Positions 50,683 to 64,000 of a stretch of 64,000 nt of DNA are shown one piece after another (position 1 is the first letter of the stretch; the number at the start of each line of letters is the position of its first letter). The notes under the pieces are model-generated. The model was not told the DNA's origin, searched no databases, and was given only the letters and a program-made list of their open reading frames with translations. Position numbers and translations under genes: made by a program. This stretch comes from the human T2T-CHM13v2.0 reference genome, Homo sapiens, in NCBI RefSeq assembly GCF_009914755.1, contig NC_060933.1. One strand, written 5' to 3'.

Positions 50683-51999
50683 TCTTTCAGCACCCATATA
50701 TCCAAAGCCAAGGTCCATATACTCACCCTTATATATTCAGTGTGGTCAGGGGAGTAATACAGCCCCTTGCTAGTTTGAATCATGTACCTTCATTTGTAAT
50801 GTACAGAAGGTGAATTGGAGATAGACAACACACAGCAGCCCCTAAGAAGTGGTTGTTCATTGGATTCGACATTGAATTACTCATAAAAAAGTGACAAATA
50901 GGATTTCAAAATATATAAAAACAACAGGCATCTACTACTTTCCACACATTGTTTGCATAGAATGCACATTCACCTACCTTCTCTTATATACAGTTGAAAA
51001 ATATTATCACATAATGCAGTGCAACTATTTCTTAAGAAGCTAAAATGTACACAACTCTTCACCAGAATAGACAGTCTCTTTTAGTTGCTGCTTCTAGTCT
51101 CAAATCTAATATCCCTGGGTGATTTACATTTCTCTTGGCCAGAAATGAAGTTGAAATTTCATCACCCCAAATAAGTAATTTAACTCTCAACAACAAAAGA
51201 AAATATAAAATATTAGAAGAAAATTAAAAAAAATAAAAATTTCCCTAATAAAAAAACGAGAAAAGAAACAACCTGTTATGTAGAGCAATTCATATTGCAT
51301 GTGAATTGACATGTGCCCTCACTTGACAGTGAGGGCAAAGGCTCTGAGTTTTGACAGCGAAGTGAGCTCCTTTTGCCCACCCAATCTGCCCTGCATTCTG
51401 TTGCTGCTTGGATGTGTGCTCATTACTGATACACATAGAGGGGTTTATAAAGTGACTACGTTAATTAGGCAGTCTAGTTTTTATTTTAGTCTGGTAGGAC
51501 ACAGATTCTGAAATTGACTTAAAGATTGAACAATTGTAAATTTTGACTGGCTTAAAAATTGAAAATTATAATTTCTATTTTAAAATATTTCAAAACCTAA
51601 ATATATTTTAAAGAGAGGTTGGCTGCCAGTCTATTTGAATTCCGAAAATTGCATTAGGTTATCAAATTACAATGACAGAAATATTATGCAGTTATATTCT
51701 TGGATTGAGTTTTTTTTTTTTTTTTTTTAAAAAAAAGGTCTTTGCAATCCAAGAAATTACATGAGTTTCTGACTCTTAACCATCTTGAATTGTTGGCTAC
51801 AGGCAGAAAGACACTGTTAGGAAGGTTGAATCTTCTTTTAACGATCAAGTGGGCTTTGGTCTGTATCTTGGAAGTAATCCCAGAAGACTTCCTATCCAAT
51901 TTTCTGTATCAAATTTCTTGAAGTTCTCATGTTATTATACAATGGTCTTAGTCCTAAAACACAGTAAGTGACAGTTTAACCAATTTCTTTATTGACATT

Positions 52000-53200
52000 A
52001 AAAGCAGTTACTGACTTATCAGTTAAAGATGCAGGATTCTTCAATGTTTCTCATGATGCATAATGTTTTTTTATAGAAACTCTATCAGATTGAGGAAGTT
52101 TTCTTTCATTCCTAGTATGCTGCTAGTTTTTATCATAAATGGGCATTGGAGTTTCAAAAATTTTTTTGTTGACATATAATCATATAATTTCTCACCTTTA
52201 TTAGTAAGATCAAATTACACTGGTAAATTTTTAAACGTAAAAATGAACCTCGAATTCCCAGGACAAACCCTATGTGGACTTTATGTATTATCCTTTTAAA
52301 CAATGCTGGAGTCAAAGTACTCATACAAGTTACTAACACTTTGTTTCATATATATATGAACATATATATGCTAAGTATACATATGGTAATTAAATTCAAA
52401 TGAGGTCATATAGTTGGGGTCCTAATCCAAGAGGATTGGTGGCCTCACAAAAAGAGAAAGAAAGAGAGATCTTGGTCTTTCTACAACACACACAGAAGGG
52501 GCATGAGAGCACACAGTCTACAAGCCAAGAAAAGTAGCCTCAGAATAAAACCCACCTTGCCAGGACCTTGATCTTGGACTTGCCAGTGGTTAGAACCGTG
52601 TGAAGTAAATTTCTGTTATTGAAGTAACCCACTCTATGGTATGTTATTATGACACGTCGAGTAAACTAATACAGTCAGAAAACATACTCCATATAATTTC
52701 AATTCCTTAAATGGATTGAAACTTATGACTCAGTCTAAAGTTTATCTTGGTGAACATACCATACATACTTGAAAATAATGTGATTCTATAGTTATTCCAT
52801 GTAGGGGTCTGTAGATGCCAATTAAGTCAAGGTGGCTTATATTGTTGTTTATGTCATCCAACCTTACTGATATCTTTCATGTCTACTTGTTTTCCTAATT
52901 ACTGAGTGTGGATTGTTAAAAAATATCCTTCCATTTCCTCCTTTAATTCTGTCAAATTTGCTTCATCCATTTTGAAGTTCTATAAATTAGATTCATACAC
53001 ATTTAGCAGTGTTATATCATTTTGATATATTGATGCCCTTATCGTTATGAAATGCCCTTTATTCAATAGTAATTCTCTTTGTCTTTATTGTCAATATCAT
53101 AAGATATAACTTTTTCCAAGTGAATTTCCAATTGATTGAGCACCATTTATTGAAAAAGCCATTCTTTCCCCATTGCATTATGATTTGAAAAAGCCAAAAA
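52000..53200 (-). mobile_element. Old L1M ORF2 fragments
   Basis: ATCAGATTGAGGAAGTT..TTCCTAGT; TTGAGCACCATTTATTGAAAA. Confidence 0.6.
52384..52672 (+). mobile_element. MLT1A-like LTR (3' part)
   Basis: AAATGAGGTCATA..CCTTGATCTTGGACTT..CTATGGTAT..AACTAATACA. Confidence 0.7.
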
Positions 53201-53399
53201 TCCTTTAATAAGAAGTATCCCTGTGGTCAAAATACACTTTGCAGGATTATCTATATTAGAAATCAAATTTTGTGGGAGTAGATGTGACCTGGCTAACGAT
53301 ATAGTCAAATAAGAAAAACATCATCATAATTAGAGCCAATTTTTATTGAGCTTTTAAATAGGCTAATGTCATCCATGAATCATTTTTATATTATTTATT

Positions 53400-54280
53400 T
53401 ATTTTTTTATTTTTTTCTGTTTTATTATAAATTGGCAAATGATAATTGTGTATATTTAGGGATTATAAAATGTTATATGTATACAATGTGAAATGGTTAA
53501 ATCAATCTAATTAACATATCAATCACCTTAAATATTTGTCATTTTTTGCAATGAGAACATTTGAAATATACTTTCTTAGCAATTTTGAAATATACAATAT
53601 ATTAACTGTAGTCAATATGCTGTGTCATAGATCTTAAAAGACATATTTCTTATGTCTAACTGAAACTTTGACCAACACATCCCCACTCCCCACAACCCTC
53701 CATCTCTGACAAACATCATTCTTCTCTGTGATTCTCAGTCCAATTGTTGTAGGTACCACATATAAGCAAGATCATGCAGTCATTTGTTCTGACTTATGTT
53801 ACTTAGCATAATGTCCTCCAGATTCATCCATATTGTCAGAAATGATGGAATTTCAGTTTTTAAGGCCGAATAATATTCTATTGTGTATATATGCTATTTT
53901 TACTTTGTTCATTTGTTGATTAACACTTAGGCTGTTTTCATGTTTTAGCTATTGTGAATAATGCTGCAAAGAACACAGAAGTGTAGACATTTCTTTGACA
54001 TACTGATTTAAAATCCTTTGGCTATATATCCAGAAGTGGGACTGCTGGATCATATGGTAACTCAATTTTTAGTTTTTAAAGAAACCTCCATACTGTTTCC
54101 TAAAGTGGCTGTACAAATTTACATTCCTACTAATGATGTACAAGGGTTCCTTTATCTTTACATTGTCACCAACACTTGTTACCTTCTGTCATTTTCAATA
54201 ACAGCCATTCTGACAGGTATGAGATGATATCTTATTGTGGTTTTAATTTGCATTTCCTTAATGATTAGTTATGTTAACAT
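53400..54280 (-). mobile_element. L1MA (MA9/10-like) 3' end
   Basis: AATGAGAACATTTGAAATATACTTTCTTAGCAATTTTGAAATATACAATA..CCAGAAGTGGGACTGCTGGATCATATGG. Confidence 0.8.
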
Positions 54281-54289
54281 ATATAAAAT

Positions 54290-55000
54290 TTTAAATAAAC
54301 ACTTTATTATAGACTACCTATAGGTTTACAGAAGAGTCATAAAGTAGTGAAGAGTCCCCATATCCACCACAGCCAGTATCCTCTATTATTACCTTACATT
54401 AGTATAGTATATTTGTTGCAATTAATGAACCAATATTAAGATGTTATTATTTACTAAAGTCCATATTTTATTCAGATTTCCTCAGTTTTTACCTAATATT
54501 CTCTTTTTCATTATTGCTACAGGTCTTTTCCAGTATAATACATTGCAGTTGGTTGTCACGTCTCTTCACACTACCCTTGGCAGTGATGGTTTCTCAGAGT
54601 TTCCTTCTCTTTAATGACTTTCACAATTATGAGGGGTACTGGCAAGGTGTTTTATAGAATGGCCCTCAGTTGAAATTTTTCGGATGTTTGTCTCATGATT
54701 AGATTAGGATTATGGGTTTTGGGGGGAGGAACATGGAAGCACCATTTTCAGCACATCATTTCAAGGATATATGCTATCAGCATGACTTATCACTGTTGAT
54801 GCTAACCTTGAGCACCTGCATGAGACAGTGTCTGTCAGATTTCAATACAAATACTACTGCCTCCCCTTTTCTATACTGTATTCTTTGGAAGGAACACACT
54901 ATGCCACCTCACACTTAAATGGTGGGGAGTTATGCTCCCCTTTTTGAAAGGGATGTACCTATGTATAATGTGTGGAATTGTTATGCATAAGGTATCTGTA
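54290..55000 (-). mobile_element. L1MC-type 3'UTR
   Basis: TTTGTTGCAATTAATGAACCAATATT..CTAAAGTCCATATTTTATTCAGATTTCCTCAGTTTTTACC. Confidence 0.65.
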
Positions 55001-55059
55001 TATTTTTGCTTGGCATAATTTATTTTCAATCCTCAGAAAAATCATATTTTGTCCTCAAA

Positions 55060-56113
55060 AAATAAAATTCTTGGAAATAAACTTAATCAAGGAGGCGAAA
55101 GCCTTGCACTCTTAAGACTACAAACCGTTTTTGAAAGAAATTAAAAAGGACATCATGAAGTGAAAAGATATCCTGTGTTCATGGATTGGAAGACAATTAA
55201 GATATAAATACTACACAAAGTAATGCAGATTCAATTCAATTCCTATCAAAGTCCCAATGACATTTTTTGCAAAAATAGAAAATCCATCCTAGCACTGATG
55301 TGGAGTCTAAAGGGATTCCAAATGACCAAAATAATCTTCAAAAAAAGAGCAACTCAAAACTTACTACAAAACTGCAGTAATCAAAACAGTGTGGTACCAC
55401 CATAAAGATAAAGATATATATCAATAGAATAGAATAAAGATGCCAGAAATAAACCCTCACATACGTGGCCAAGTGATTTTAGAGAAGGATGCCAAGACCA
55501 TTCAATGGGAAAAGAACAGTCTTTTCAACAAATTGTGTTGAGAAGGGTGGATATTTGCATGCAGAAGAATGAAGTTGGGCCCTTACCTTACACCATATAT
55601 GCAGAATCACTCAAAATTTATCAAAGACCTAAATGTAAAACCTAAAACTATAAAACTTTTAGAAGAAAACATAGAGAAGAAGCTTCAAGACACTAAATTT
55701 AGAAATGATTTCTTGGCTATGACCAAAGGAAAAAAAAAAAAAAAAAAAAAAGCACAGGCAACAAAAGTAAAAATAGACAAAATTGACTGCATTAAAAAAA
55801 AAAAAAAACTTTGAACGTCAAAAGACACTATCAACAGAGTTAAAAGGCAACCCATAGAATAGGCTGCAAATTATATATCTCGTAAGGAGCTAATATTCAG
55901 AATAAACAAAAATTCCTTCAAATCATCATCAAGAAAAATCAAACAACCCAATTAAAAATGGACAAAGAAATTGAATAGACATTTCTCCAGAGAAGATGTA
56001 TAGATGGCCAATAAGCATACAAAAGAAATGCTGAACATCATAAAATAATTAGGGAAATGCAAATTAAGCTTACAATGAGACACAACTTTATACCCATTAG
56101 GATGGCTATTACT
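55060..56113 (+). mobile_element. L1MB-type ORF2 segment (5' half of the element at 41745-43444)
   Basis: ORF2 relic (MKLGPYLTPY..) ending at CCCATTAGGATGGCTATTACT, the point where the minus-strand L1MB half begins. Confidence 0.85.
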
Positions 56114-59100
56114 AAAAGATTTGGAAATAGGATTTTCAGGGAGGGGCCAAGATGGCTGATTAGAAGCAGCTACAGCCCATGGCACGCATGGAGAGGAAGA
56201 AAACCAGCAAGGGAATTCAGTACCTTAAACTGAAATGTCCAGGTTGTTGCATTAGGACTGACTAGGCAAATAACTCATGGAGAATAAAGAAAAGCATAGC
56301 GGGGCAATGACCCACCCAGGAGTGGCACACAGCCAAAGGAACCCACAAACACAGCTGAGAGAAGCACTTTCACTCATGATACCATCAGATGCAGGAGGGA
56401 CCAAGTTGACTAGGGTCTGGAGTGTACCTTAAGCAAACCACAGCCCTTTGGAAAAGTGGCTTGCTAGTGAAAAGAAAAACAAACAAAAATAACAATGACA
56501 ACATAAACAAACAAAAAAAGACCCCACAAAAACCCCATTCAAAGGTCAGCAACCTCAAAGATTGAAGGTAGATAAGCCCACAAACATGAGACGTAATCAA
56601 CACAAAAATGCTAAAAACTCAAAAAGAGAGTGCCTCTTCTCCTTCAAATGATGGCAACACCTCTGCAGCAACGGCATGGAACCGGACTGAGGCTGAGATG
56701 GCTGAACTGATAGAAATAAGCTTTAGAAGGTGGGTAATAATGAACTTTGCTTAAAGGAGTATGGTGTAACCCAATGCAAATAAGCTAAGAATCATAATAG
56801 AACAATACAGAAGTGTTAGCCAGAACAGCCCATTTAGAGAGGAACATAGCTAACCTGATGGAGCTGAAAATACAACACAAAAACTTCACAATGCAATTAT
56901 AAGTATCAGTAGCAGAATAGACCAAGCAGAGGAAAGAATCTCAGAGCTTGAAGACTATATTCCTGAAACAACACATGCAGACAAGACTAGAGGAAAAAAG
57001 AATGAAAAAAAATAAACAAAACCTCCAAGAAATATGAGATTATTTACAGAGACTGAAACTATGACTGATTGATATACCTGAAAGAGATGAGGAGAATGGA
57101 ACCAAGTCAGAAAACATATTTCAGGATATCAGCCAGGAGAACTTCCCCAACATAGCAAGACATGCCGGCATTAACATTCAGGAAATGCAGGGAACCCAAT
57201 TAAGTTACTCCACAAGAATGTCAACCCCAAGACAAAAAATTATTAAATTCTCCAGGGTAAAAATAAAAGAAAAAATGTTGAGAGCAGACAGAGAGAAAGG
57301 CTAGGTAACCCAGAAAGAAAAGCCCATCAGACCAACAGCAGACCTCTCCGTGGAAACCCTACAAGCCAGAAGAGATTGGGGGCCATATTCAACATTCTAA
57401 AAGAAAAGAATTTCCAACCCAGAATTTAATATCTGGCCAAACTAAGCTTCATAAGCAAAGGAGAAATAAGATCCTCTTAAGACAAGCAAATGCTGAGGGA
57501 ATTTATCACCAATGGCCTGCCTTGAAAGAGCTCCTGAAGGAAGCACTAAATATAGAAAGAAAAAAAAAAAGTTACCAGCTACTACAAAACACACTGAAGT
57601 ACATAGACCAGTGACATTACGAAGGAACCACCTGAACAAGTCTGCCAAATAACAAGCTAGCATCATGATGACAGGATCAAATTTACACATAACAATACTA
57701 ACTTTAAATATAAATTGGCTAAATGCCCAAATTAATAGACACAGAATGGCAACCTGGATAAAGAGCCAAGACCAAATGGTATGCTGTCTTCAGGAGACCC
57801 ATCTCACTTGCAAAGACATACGTATGCTTGGGATAGAGGGATGGAGGAAAATATACCAAGCAAATGGAAAACAGAAAAAAGCAGGGGTTGCAATCCTAGT
57901 TTCTGACAAAACAGTCTTTAAACCAACAAAGAACAAAAAAAGACAAAGAAGGGCATTACATAATGGTAAAGGGTTCAATTCAAGAAGAAGAGCTAACTAT
58001 CCTAAATATATATGCACCCTATACAGGAGCATCCAGATTTATAAAGCAAGTTCTTAGAGACCAATAAAGAGACTTAGACTACCACACAATAATAGTGGGA
58101 GACCTTAACAGCACACTGACAATACTAGATCATCAAGACAGAAAATTAGCAAAGATATTCAGGACTTGAACTTGGCTCTGGATAACAGGACTTGACAGAT
58201 ATCTACAGAACTCTCCACCAAAATTCAAGAGAATATACATTATTCTCAGTGCCATATGGCAGTTAATCTAAAATTGACCACTTAATAAGAAATAAAACAC
58301 TCTTCAGCAAATGCAAAAGAACTAGAATGATAATAGTCTGTCAGACTACAGCACAATCAAATTAGAATTCAAGATTAAGAAATTCATTCAAAATCACACA
58401 ACTACATGAAAATTGAACAATGTGCTCCTGAATGACTCTTGGGTAAATAATGAAATTAAGGCAGGAATTGAGATGTTCATTGAAAGTAATGAGAACAAAG
58501 GAACAATGTACCAGAATCTTTGGGATGCAGCTAATTAGTATTAAGAGGGAAATTTATAGCACTAAATGTCCACATCAAAAAGCTAGAAAGATCTCAAGTT
58601 AACAATCTAACATCTCAACTGAAAGAACTAGAGAACCAAGAGAAAAAAAAAAAAACTCAAAGGCAGCAGAAGACAAGAAGTAATCAAGATCTGGGCTGAA
58701 CTGAAGGAGTTAGAGACACAAAAAAGACCTTCAAAAGATCAATTAATTCAGGAGCTGTTTTTCTGAAAAAAATTAATAGGATAAATCACTAGCTAGACTG
58801 ATTAAAAAAAGAGAAAAGAATCATAAAAACACAATCAGAAGTGATGATGGGAATATCACCATGGACCCCACAGAAATGCAAACGTCAGAGAATACTATAA
58901 ATGCCATTATGCACATAAACTAGAAAATCTAGAAGAAATGGATCAATTCCTGGATGCATACACCCTTCCAAGAGTGAACCAGGAAAAAATTGAATCCCTG
59001 AATAGACCAATAAAGAGTTCTGAAATAGAGGCAGTAATGAATAGCCTACCAACATAAAAAACGCCAGGACCAAATGGATTCACACCTGAATTCTACCAGA

Positions 59101-60500
59101 GGTACAAAGAAGAGCTGACGCCATTTCTACTGAAACTTTTCCAAAAAACTGAAAAGGAGGGACTCCTCCCCAACACATTCTATGAGTTCAGCATCATCCT
59201 GACACCAAAACCCAGAAGAAATACAACAAAACAAGAAAACTTCAGGCTAATATCCATGATGAACATTGATGAAAAAATCCTCAGTAAAATACTAGCAAAC
59301 TGAATCCAACAGCACATCAAAAAGCTTATCCAACATGATCAAGTTGGCTTCATCCCCAGGATGCCAGGTTGGTTCAACATACACAAACCAATAAATGTGG
59401 TTTCATCACATAAACAGAACTAAAGACAAAAACCACATGATTATATCAATTGATGCAGGAAAGACCATCAATAAAATGCAACATCACTTCATGTTAAAAA
59501 ACTCTCAATAAACTAGATATGGAAGGAACATAACTCAAAATAACAAGAGTCACATATGACAGACCCATAGCTAATATCATACTGAATGAGCAAAAGCTGG
59601 AAACATTCCCCTTGAAAACCAGCACAAGACAAGGATGCCCTTTCTCACCACTCCTATTCAACATAGTATTGGAATTTCTGGCCAGGACTATCAGGCAAGA
59701 GAAAGAAATAAAGGGTATTTAAATAGGAACCAAGGAAGTCAAATTATCTTTGTTTGCAGATGACCTGATCCTCTATCTAGAAAACCCCATCGTCTCAGTT
59801 CAAAAGCTTCTTAAGCTGATAAGAAACTTCAGCAAAATCTCTGGATACAAAATCAATGTGCAAAAATACCTAGCATCCCTATACACCAACAATAGACAAG
59901 CAGAGAGTCCCATGAATGAACTTATATTCAAAATTGCTACAAAAAGCATAAAATACCTTGAAATAAAGCTAACAAGGGAAGTGAAGGACCTCTTCAAAGG
60001 TACTACAAACCAGTCCTCAACTCAGAAAAGACAGAAACAAATGAAGAAACATTCCATGCTTATGGATAGGAAGAATCAGCATCATGAAAATGGCCATACT
60101 GCCCAAAATAATTAATAGGTTCAATGCTATTTCTATTAAACTACCATTAACGTTCTTCAAAGAATTAGAAAAAAAAATTAAAATTTATATGGAACCAAAA
60201 ATGTGTCTGAATAGCCAAGACAATCCTAAGCAAAAAGAACAAAGCTGGAGGCATCATGCTACCCAACTTCAAACTATACTACAAGGCTATAGTAACCAAA
60301 ACAGCATGGTACTGATAGTAGAACAGACACATAGACCAAATGAAACAGAATAGAGAACTCAGAAATAAGACTGCACACCTACAATCATCTGATCTTTGAC
60401 AATTGACAAAAATTAGCAATGGGGAAGGGACTTTGTATTTAATAAATAATGCTAGGAATGCTGGCTAGCCATAAGCAGAAAATTGAAACTGGACCTTTTC

Positions 60501-63385
60501 TGTATTAGTTTGTTTTTGTGCTGCTGATAAAGACATAACTGAAACTGAGAAGAAAAAGAGGTTTAATTGGACTTACACTTCCACATGGATGGGGAGGCCT
60601 AAGAATCATGGCAAGAGGTGAAAGGCACTTCTTACATGGCAGCAGCAAGAGAAAATGAGGAAGATGCAAAAGCAGAAACCCCTTATAAACCCATCAGATC
60701 TCATGAGACTTATTCACTAACATGAGAATAAAGACAGGCCTCCATGATTCAATGACCTTCCCCTGGGTTCCTTCCACAATACGTGGGAATTCTGGGTGAT
60801 ACAATTCAAGTTGAGATTTGAGTGGGGACACAGCCAAACCATATCATTCCACCCCAGGCCCCTCCAAATCTTATGTCCTCACATTTCAAACCAATCATGC
60901 CTTCGCAACAGTCCCCCAAAGTCTCAACTCATTTCAGCATTAACCCAAAAGTCCACAGTCTAAAGTCTTATCTGAGACAAGGCAAGTTCCTTCCACCTAT
61001 GAGCCTGCAAAATCAAAAGAGAGCTAGTTACTTCCTAGATACAATGAGGGTACAGGTATTGGGTAAATATAGCCATTTCAAATGGGAGAAATTGGCCAAA
61101 CCAAAGGGGTTACAGGGCCTATGCAAGTCTGAAATCCAGCAGGGCAGTCACATTTTAAAGCTCCAAAATGATTTCCTTTGACTCCATGTCTCACATCCAG
61201 GTTATGCTGATGCAAGAAGTGGGTTCCCATGGTCTTGGGTAGCTCCACCCCTGTGGCTTTGCAGGGTTCAGCCTTCCTCCTGGCTACTTTCATGGACTGG
61301 CATCGAGTGTCTGTAGCTTTTCCAGGTGCACGGTGCAAGCTGTTGGTGGATCCGCCCTTCTGGGGTCTGGAGGATGGTGGCCCTCTTCTCACAGCTCCAC
61401 TAGGCAGTGCTCCAGTAGGGACTCTGTGTGGCAGCTCCAACCACACATTTTCCTTCTGCATGGCCCTACCAGTGGTTCTCCATGAGGGCCCCATCCTTGC
61501 AACAAACTTTGGGTGGGCATCCAGGAGTTTCCATATATCTTCTGAAATCTAGGCAGAGGTTCCCAAACCCCAATTCTTGACTACTGGGCAACCACAGGCT
61601 CAACACCACATGGAAGCTGCCAATGCTTGGGGCTTCCACCGTCTGAAGCCACAGCCTGAGCTCTATGTTGGCCTCTTTCAGCCACAGCTGGAGTGGCTGG
61701 GACACAGGACACCAAGTCCCTAGGCTGCATACAGCATGGGGACCCTGGGCCCAGCCCACCAGACCACTTTTTCTTTCTGTGCCTCTGGGCCTGTGATGGG
61801 AGAGGCTGCCGTGAAGGTCTCTGACATGGCCTGGAGATATTTTCCTCATGGTCTTGGGGATTAACATTAGGCTCCTTGCCACTTATGCAAACTTCTGCAG
61901 CCAGCTTGAATTTCTCCTCAAAAAAAAAAAGTTTTTTTCTTTTCTATTGCATCATCAGGCTGCAAATGTTCTGAACTTTTATCCTCTGTTTCCCTTTTAA
62001 AATGGAATGCTTTTAATAGCACCCAAGTCACCTTTTGAATGCTTTGCTGCTTAGAAATTTCTTCCATACCAGGTACCCCAAATCATCTCAAGTTCAAAGT
62101 TCCACAAATCTCTAGGGCAGGGGCAAAGTGCTGCCAGTCTCTTTGCTAAAATATAACAAGAGTCACCTTTACTCCAGGTCCCAACAAATTCTTCATCTCC
62201 ATCTGAGATCACCTTGGCCTGGACCTTATTGTTCATATCACTATCAGCATTTTTGTCAAAGCCATTCAACAAGTCTCTAGGAGGTTCCAAACTTTCCGAC
62301 ATTTTCCTGTCTTCTTCTGAGTCCTCCAAACTGTTCCAACCTCTGTCTGTTACCCAGTTCCAAAGTCATGTCCACATTTTCATGTATCTTTTCAGCAACA
62401 CCCCACTCTACTGGTACCAATTTACTGTATTAGTTCTTTTCACGCTGCTGATAAAGACATACCCGAGACTGGGAAGAAAAAAATGTTTCATTGGACTTAC
62501 AGTTCCACATGGCTGGAGAGGCCTTAGAATCATGGTGGGAGGTGAAAGGCACTTCTTTCATGGTGGCAGCAAGAGAAAAATGAGGAAGAATCCCTGAATA
62601 GACCAATAACAGGTTCTAAAATTGAGGCAATAATTAATAGCCTACCAATCAAAAAAGTCGCAGACCAGACGGATTCACAGTTGAATTCTGCCAGAGGTAC
62701 AAAGAGGAGCTGGTACCATTCCTTCTGAAACTGTTCCAATCAATAGAAAAAGAGGGAATCCTCCCTAACTCATTTTATGAGGCCAGCATCATCCTGATAC
62801 CAAAGCCTGGCAGAGACACAACAAAAAAAGATAATCTTAGACCAATATCCCTGATGAACATCGATGCAAAAATCCTCAAGTCTCTAGGAGGTTCCAAACT
62901 TTCCAACATGTTCCTGTCTTCTTCTGAGCCCTTCAAACTGTTCCAACCTCTGCCTGTTATCCAGTTCCAAAGTCATATCCACATTTTCAGGAATCTTTTC
63001 AGCAACACCCCACTCTGCTGGTACCAATGTACTGTATTAGTTCATTTTCATGCTGCTGATAAAGACATACCCGAGACTGGGAAGAAAAAAAGGTTTAATT
63101 GGACGTACAGTTCCACATGGCTAGAGAGGCCTTAGAATCATGGCGGGAGGCAAAAGGCACTTCTTACATGGCCACAGCAAGAGAAAATGAGCAAGATGCA
63201 AAAGCAGAAACCCCTGATAAACCCCTCAGATTTCATGAGACTTATTCACTAGCATGAGAATAGCATGGGAAAGACCAGCACCCATGATTTTATTACCTTC
63301 CCTTGGGTCTCTTGCACAACACGTGTGAATTCTGGGAGATACAATTCAAGTTGAGATTTTGGTGGGGACACAGCCAACCATATCA
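60501..63385 (-). mobile_element. THE1A MaLR provirus: LTR 60501-60846, internal region, partial LTR 62426-62589, LTR 63033-63385
   Basis: THE1A-type LTR (AAGAAAAAGAGGTTTAATTGGAC, GAGGAAGATGCAAAAGC) and THE1 internal sequence; the host L1 is contiguous across it (flanks TTTTC/CCTTC). Confidence 0.93.
62588..62879 (+). mobile_element. Internal L1PA (PA5-7-like) ORF2 fragment, no tail
   Basis: GAATCCCTGAATAGACCAATAACAGG..GATGAACATCGATGCAAAAATCCTCAA. Confidence 0.92.
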
Positions 63386-64000
63386 CCTTCCTTACACCTT
63401 ATACAAAAATTAAGATGGATTAAAGACTTTAATGTTATACCCAAAACTATAAAAATTCTAGAAGAAAATCTAGGCAATATCATTCAGAACCTCAGCATGG
63501 GCAAAGATTTCATGAGTAAAAACACCAAGAGCAATTGCAACAAAAGCAAAAATTGAAAAATGGGATCTAATTAAACTAGAGATATTCTGCACAGCAAAAG
63601 ACACTATCATCAGAGTGAATAGGCAGCCTACACAATGGGAGAAAATTTGTGCAATCCATCTATCTATCCGACAAAGGTATAATATCCAGAGTCTACAAGG
63701 AACTTAAACAAATTTACAAGAAAAAACAAACAACCCCATTAAAAAGTGGGGAAAGACATGAGCTGAGTCTTCTCAAGACACATATGTGGCCAAAAAACAT
63801 GAAAAAGAAGTTTAACATCACTGATCATTAGACAAATGCAAATCAAAACCACAATGAGATAACATCTCACACCAGTCAGAATGGCTATATTTAAAAAGCC
63901 AAAATACAACATATGCTGGTGAGATTGCAGAGAAAATGGATGCTTTTACACTGTTGGTGGGAGTGTAAATTAGTCCAACCATTCTGGAAGACAGTGTGGT

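Larger units (their letters stand above)
56130..64000 (+). mobile_element. Near full-length decayed L1 (L1PA13-like) running off the window; probably a recombinant
   Basis: GGGAGGGGCCAAGATGGCTGATTAGAAGCAGCT start, ORF1 relic, ORF2 start MMTGSNLHITILTLN at 57665, FADD at about 59755; split by THE1A. Confidence 0.95.

Noticed and set aside
62588-62879. L1 fragment as a copy of the host L1 or of the L1PA4-like element in this window
   Set aside because: Diagnostic bases differ from both, e.g. TTCCAATCAATAGAAAAAGAGGGAATC versus host TTCCAAAAAACTGAAAAGGAGGGACTC.
60501-63385. Three THE1 LTRs read as a tandem provirus
   Set aside because: The middle LTR is partial, only about 155 bp of internal sequence is repeated and L1 DNA intervenes; local duplication fits better.

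Overview
Human genomic DNA: it carries a human-specific AluYb8, is AT-rich and is dominated by repeats. I find no credible protein-coding gene. Every long ORF in the track is a decayed L1 ORF2 piece or an Alu, LTR or microsatellite artefact. The window is a layered record of L1, L2, L3, MIR, Alu, MaLR/ERVL LTR and hAT/mariner elements, with a few repeat-free islands (about 27.3-28.5, 34.7-35.0 and 37.9-38.4 kb) that look like developmental enhancers. There is no evidence for a new multi-gene biological system. Three structural events stand out. (1) A cryptic inversion between two oppositely oriented L1PA13-like elements, shown by a swapped 16-bp target-site duplication and by two halves of one L1MB now pointing in opposite directions. 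(2) A U5 snRNA fragment fused head-to-head to a 5'-truncated L1PA4-like element inside one TSD. (3) A tail-less internal L1 ORF2 fragment captured inside a THE1A provirus between two copies of a 320-bp duplication. Repeat family names come from recalled consensus sequences, not a database search. Boundaries of old elements are approximate.
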